64,000 nt of DNA from a phage: NCBI GenBank assembly GCA_014740375.1, contig GCA_014740375.1_3041.1. One strand, written 5' to 3'. Position numbers and translations under genes: made by a program. Every line of letters begins with the position of its first letter. Positions within the stretch are counted from its first letter, which is position 1. Shown piece after piece: positions 62,078 to 64,000 of this stretch. The notes beneath the pieces are model-generated. The model did not search any database. It saw only the letters and a program-made list of their open reading frames with translations, and was not told the DNA's origin.

Positions 62078-62191
62078 TCACATAAATCCAAAATAAGCGT
62101 TTAATACATCAATCATTAAAACGATTGGGAATATACTCAAAACTATTAGTATTATAACTACATTCCATATAGCTTTAATAATCTTTTTCAT
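62078..62191 (-). CDS. Small membrane peptide (37 aa)
   Basis: GGAGG Shine-Dalgarno downstream of an early promoter; track ORF over-extended through the promoter. Confidence 0.4.
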   Translation of the reverse strand: MKKIIKAIWNVVIILIVLSIFPIVLMIDVLNAYFGFM

Positions 62192-62219
62192 TTTCTGTTC
62201 CTCCGTAGTTGATAGGGTA

Positions 62220-62249
62220 ATAGTACCACGGAAGAACAGTCTTGTAAAC
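62220..62249 (-). promoter_or_regulatory. T4-type early promoter
   Basis: Minus strand GTTTAC, 18 bp, TACTAT. Confidence 0.5.
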
Positions 62250-62434
62250 AACTTTTTTAAAAATATTCGTAATAAATGTGAATACCAACTACTACCGCTG
62301 AAACCTGTGCAACCCACCACGCACAAGCAATAAGTACAGAATTCAAAATTTTCATAATAACCTCATCACAAAAGTAAATGTTAAACAAATTACTGGAATA
62401 CTAATTAACCAAACAAAACACCACCATAATGAAC

Positions 62435-62698
62435 TCATAGCTCAATCTCAGCGATTTTCATTTCATTACTATTAATAGCCTCTTTAAGACTATCTGAAAG
62501 AATTACATTCCAGTGGTCATTCATATGACCATTAACTAAGCGTGTAATTTCTTCAGGAGTTGAAAAATAAGGCTGATCAGACTCCCAATGCGATAATCCT
62601 AAGCGAGTATAAATCATGCCTTCATCATCGCTCGAATATTCAACTGACACAAACTCATCAGTTATTTTATGTTTAGCGTAATAAAATTTAAATTTCAT
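62435..62698 (-). CDS. Hypothetical protein (87 aa from MKFKF)
   Basis: ATG with GGAG Shine-Dalgarno downstream of an early promoter; track start is TTG. Confidence 0.5.
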   Translation of the reverse strand: MKFKFYYAKHKITDEFVSVEYSSDDEGMIYTRLGLSHWESDQPYFSTPEEITRLVNGHMNDHWNVILSDSLKEAINSNEMKIAEIEL

Positions 62699-62735
62699 TT
62701 TATTCTCCAAATCCGTATCAGTAGTTGATAGTTGT

Positions 62736-62765
62736 ATAGTACCACGGTCCTTGTGGTATGTAAAC
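62736..62765 (-). promoter_or_regulatory. T4-type early promoter (cassette family B)
   Basis: Minus strand A/T-rich upstream tract, GTTTAC, 18 bp, TACTAT. Confidence 0.55.
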
Positions 62766-62783
62766 CGTTTTGTGAAAAAATTT

Positions 62784-63341
62784 TTAAATGGAAAGATACC
62801 ATCCGTTGTAGTTGCTTTTTCTTACAACCTTACGAAGGTCTTCTCTGTCACCGATGAACTTCGGAGTGTACTGGATGACACCTGGATGAATTTCTTTAGT
62901 GTTGAATATAATTATACAGTCAGCGACTTGATGATTTAGAATGGGCCCTAAATTTATTCCAGAACCATATGGATACTCTCCGCTGCATCCCGTTGTTACC
63001 GAAATCCAACGCGAGTCAGTTTGATGTGTTTTGACTTCTACACGAAGCCCGCAATATTTTGGATGCGCTAAAACATCCCATGCATACGTGTACGGATCAT
63101 CGACATTTTCTTGGCCTTTATTGACATATCCGCTTAGCCAATCTGCCACAAAAAACTCTGCGTACACAGCGATACGGCATCTTTCGATAACTTCTGCTTT
63201 ATCCTGGTTCGGGTTTTGTTTTAAAGAGTATCTTGCTGTATCAGCAATTTTGACCTTCATTTCACTAGTCAAGTCACTGTTCGATAGGGTAAATGTCGGA
63301 ATCTGAAATAGTCTCTGTAACCCAGGATTCGTTTTCTGCAT
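62784..63341 (-). CDS. denB: Endonuclease IV-like protein
   Basis: 185 aa, same length and map position as T4 denB (upstream of ndd cluster); assignment by length and synteny. Confidence 0.6.
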   Translation of the reverse strand: MQKTNPGLQRLFQIPTFTLSNSDLTSEMKVKIADTARYSLKQNPNQDKAEVIERCRIAVYAEFFVADWLSGYVNKGQENVDDPYTYAWDVLAHPKYCGLRVEVKTHQTDSRWISVTTGCSGEYPYGSGINLGPILNHQVADCIIIFNTKEIHPGVIQYTPKFIGDREDLRKVVRKSNYNGWYLSI

Positions 63342-63385
63342 TTAAACTTTCCTTTATGTCGGAATCATAATTTCTCTTAAAACAA

Positions 63386-63401
63386 AAGGGCCGAAGCCCT
63401 T
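63386..63401 (-). terminator. GC hairpin (GAAG-type loop) flanked by T-rich tracts
   Basis: AAGGGC-CGAA-GCCCTT between the 64-aa ORF and denB. Confidence 0.45.
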
Positions 63402-63404
63402 ATT

Positions 63405-63599
63405 TTATTTGAATTGTGCGATTCTTTTCTCTAGACACTCAGCATAAGATTTCATTGAGATGAACTGCGAAAGTAGCAGTTCTTGCTCAACTGCGTTAAC
63501 TGTTAGAAACTTTGCGCTTTCTAAAAATTTGCTCAGTGCATTAATTTTGAGCATTAATTGATCGTATTCTTCTTTTACTCGTGCTTGATAACCTAACAT
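63405..63599 (-). CDS. Hypothetical protein (denB.1 position)
   Basis: 64-aa ORF with AAGGA Shine-Dalgarno. Confidence 0.5.
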   Translation of the reverse strand: MLGYQARVKEEYDQLMLKINALSKFLESAKFLTVNAVEQELLLSQFISMKSYAECLEKRIAQFK

Positions 63600-63616
63600 A
63601 ATTTTCCTTAATATGA

Positions 63617-63634
63617 TAAGGGCCGAAGCCCTTA
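63617..63634 (-). promoter_or_regulatory. GC hairpin overlapping stop of upstream gene
   Basis: TAAGGGC-CGAA-GCCCTTA. Confidence 0.4.
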
Positions 63635-64000
63635 TTTAAATTGTTCAGTAACGTCTTCAACTACTTCGTATTGGCAGGTACGCATTTTAGCATCGTTGTA
63701 ATCAATCGGAATTGATACTACATCACGTGGATGTACTTTAACTTTTACAACTCGGCTGGTTGAACTGCCAAAGTGACGAATATAAGATTTAGAACATACA
63801 TGCAGACCACGAGAACAAGTTTGTGTATCATCGTCATTCACACGAGTACGCGGCATTTTAACTACTTTACCAGGACTGTTATCAAAGGTGTTTGAGTGAC
63901 AGTCAAAGTAGTTGTCACGAACTACTTTCCAAGCATAGAAGTAACCATCTTCTGTAATTTCAATATCGTTTGCTACCAAGAAATCAAAGAGTCGAGATAC
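63632..64000 (-). CDS. C-terminal part of an ORF that continues beyond the window end (possibly rIIB by synteny)
   Basis: Minus-strand frame is open from position 64000 down to the stop at 63632-63634; track start at 63979 is an internal TTG. Confidence 0.45.
   Translation of the reverse strand, partial: VSRLFDFLVANDIEITEDGYFYAWKVVRDNYFDCHSNTFDNSPGKVVKMPRTRVNDDDTQTCSRGLHVCSKSYIRHFGSSTSRVVKVKVHPRDVVSIPIDYNDAKMRTCQYEVVEDVTEQFK

Overview
This 64-kb window is a contiguous, densely coded segment of a virulent T-even (T4-like) coliphage genome. It is syntenic with phage T4 from the 3' end of gene 23 through 24, rnlB, hoc, inh, a GIY-YIG seg endonuclease, uvsW, uvsY, the baseplate block (25, 26, 51, 27, 28, 29, 48, 54), alt, DNA ligase (30), the 30.x early block, rIII, 31, cd, pseT, a spanin pair, alc, rnlA, denA, nrdB, nrdA, td, frd, 32, 59, 33, dsbA, rnh, long-tail-fibre genes 34-38, holin t, asiA, arn, motA, 52, stp, ndd and denB, ending inside an ORF that runs off the window. 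Gene calls rest on translated ORFs that I recognise by motif, length and T4 synteny; no database search was run, and T4 protein lengths and gene order are quoted from memory. Several track ORFs use non-ATG starts or are N-terminally over-extended; I re-set starts where an ATG with a Shine-Dalgarno is visible. The phage is not T4 itself: td and nrdB are uninterrupted, Hoc carries an extra duplicated Ig-like domain, gene 38 is a T2-type glycine-rich adhesin, and there are two full-length tandem Alt-like ADP-ribosyltransferase genes. Regulatory signals readable by eye include late promoters (TATAAATA), a recurring early-promoter cassette (GTTTAC, 18 bp, TACTAT/TATAAT), MotA-box middle promoters and many GC-rich tetraloop hairpins. 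I found no tRNA, rRNA or CRISPR features. The most interesting candidates are the tandem Alt paralogs, an unrecognised ORF inserted at the frd-td junction, and the HAD/NADAR gene pair downstream of ligase.
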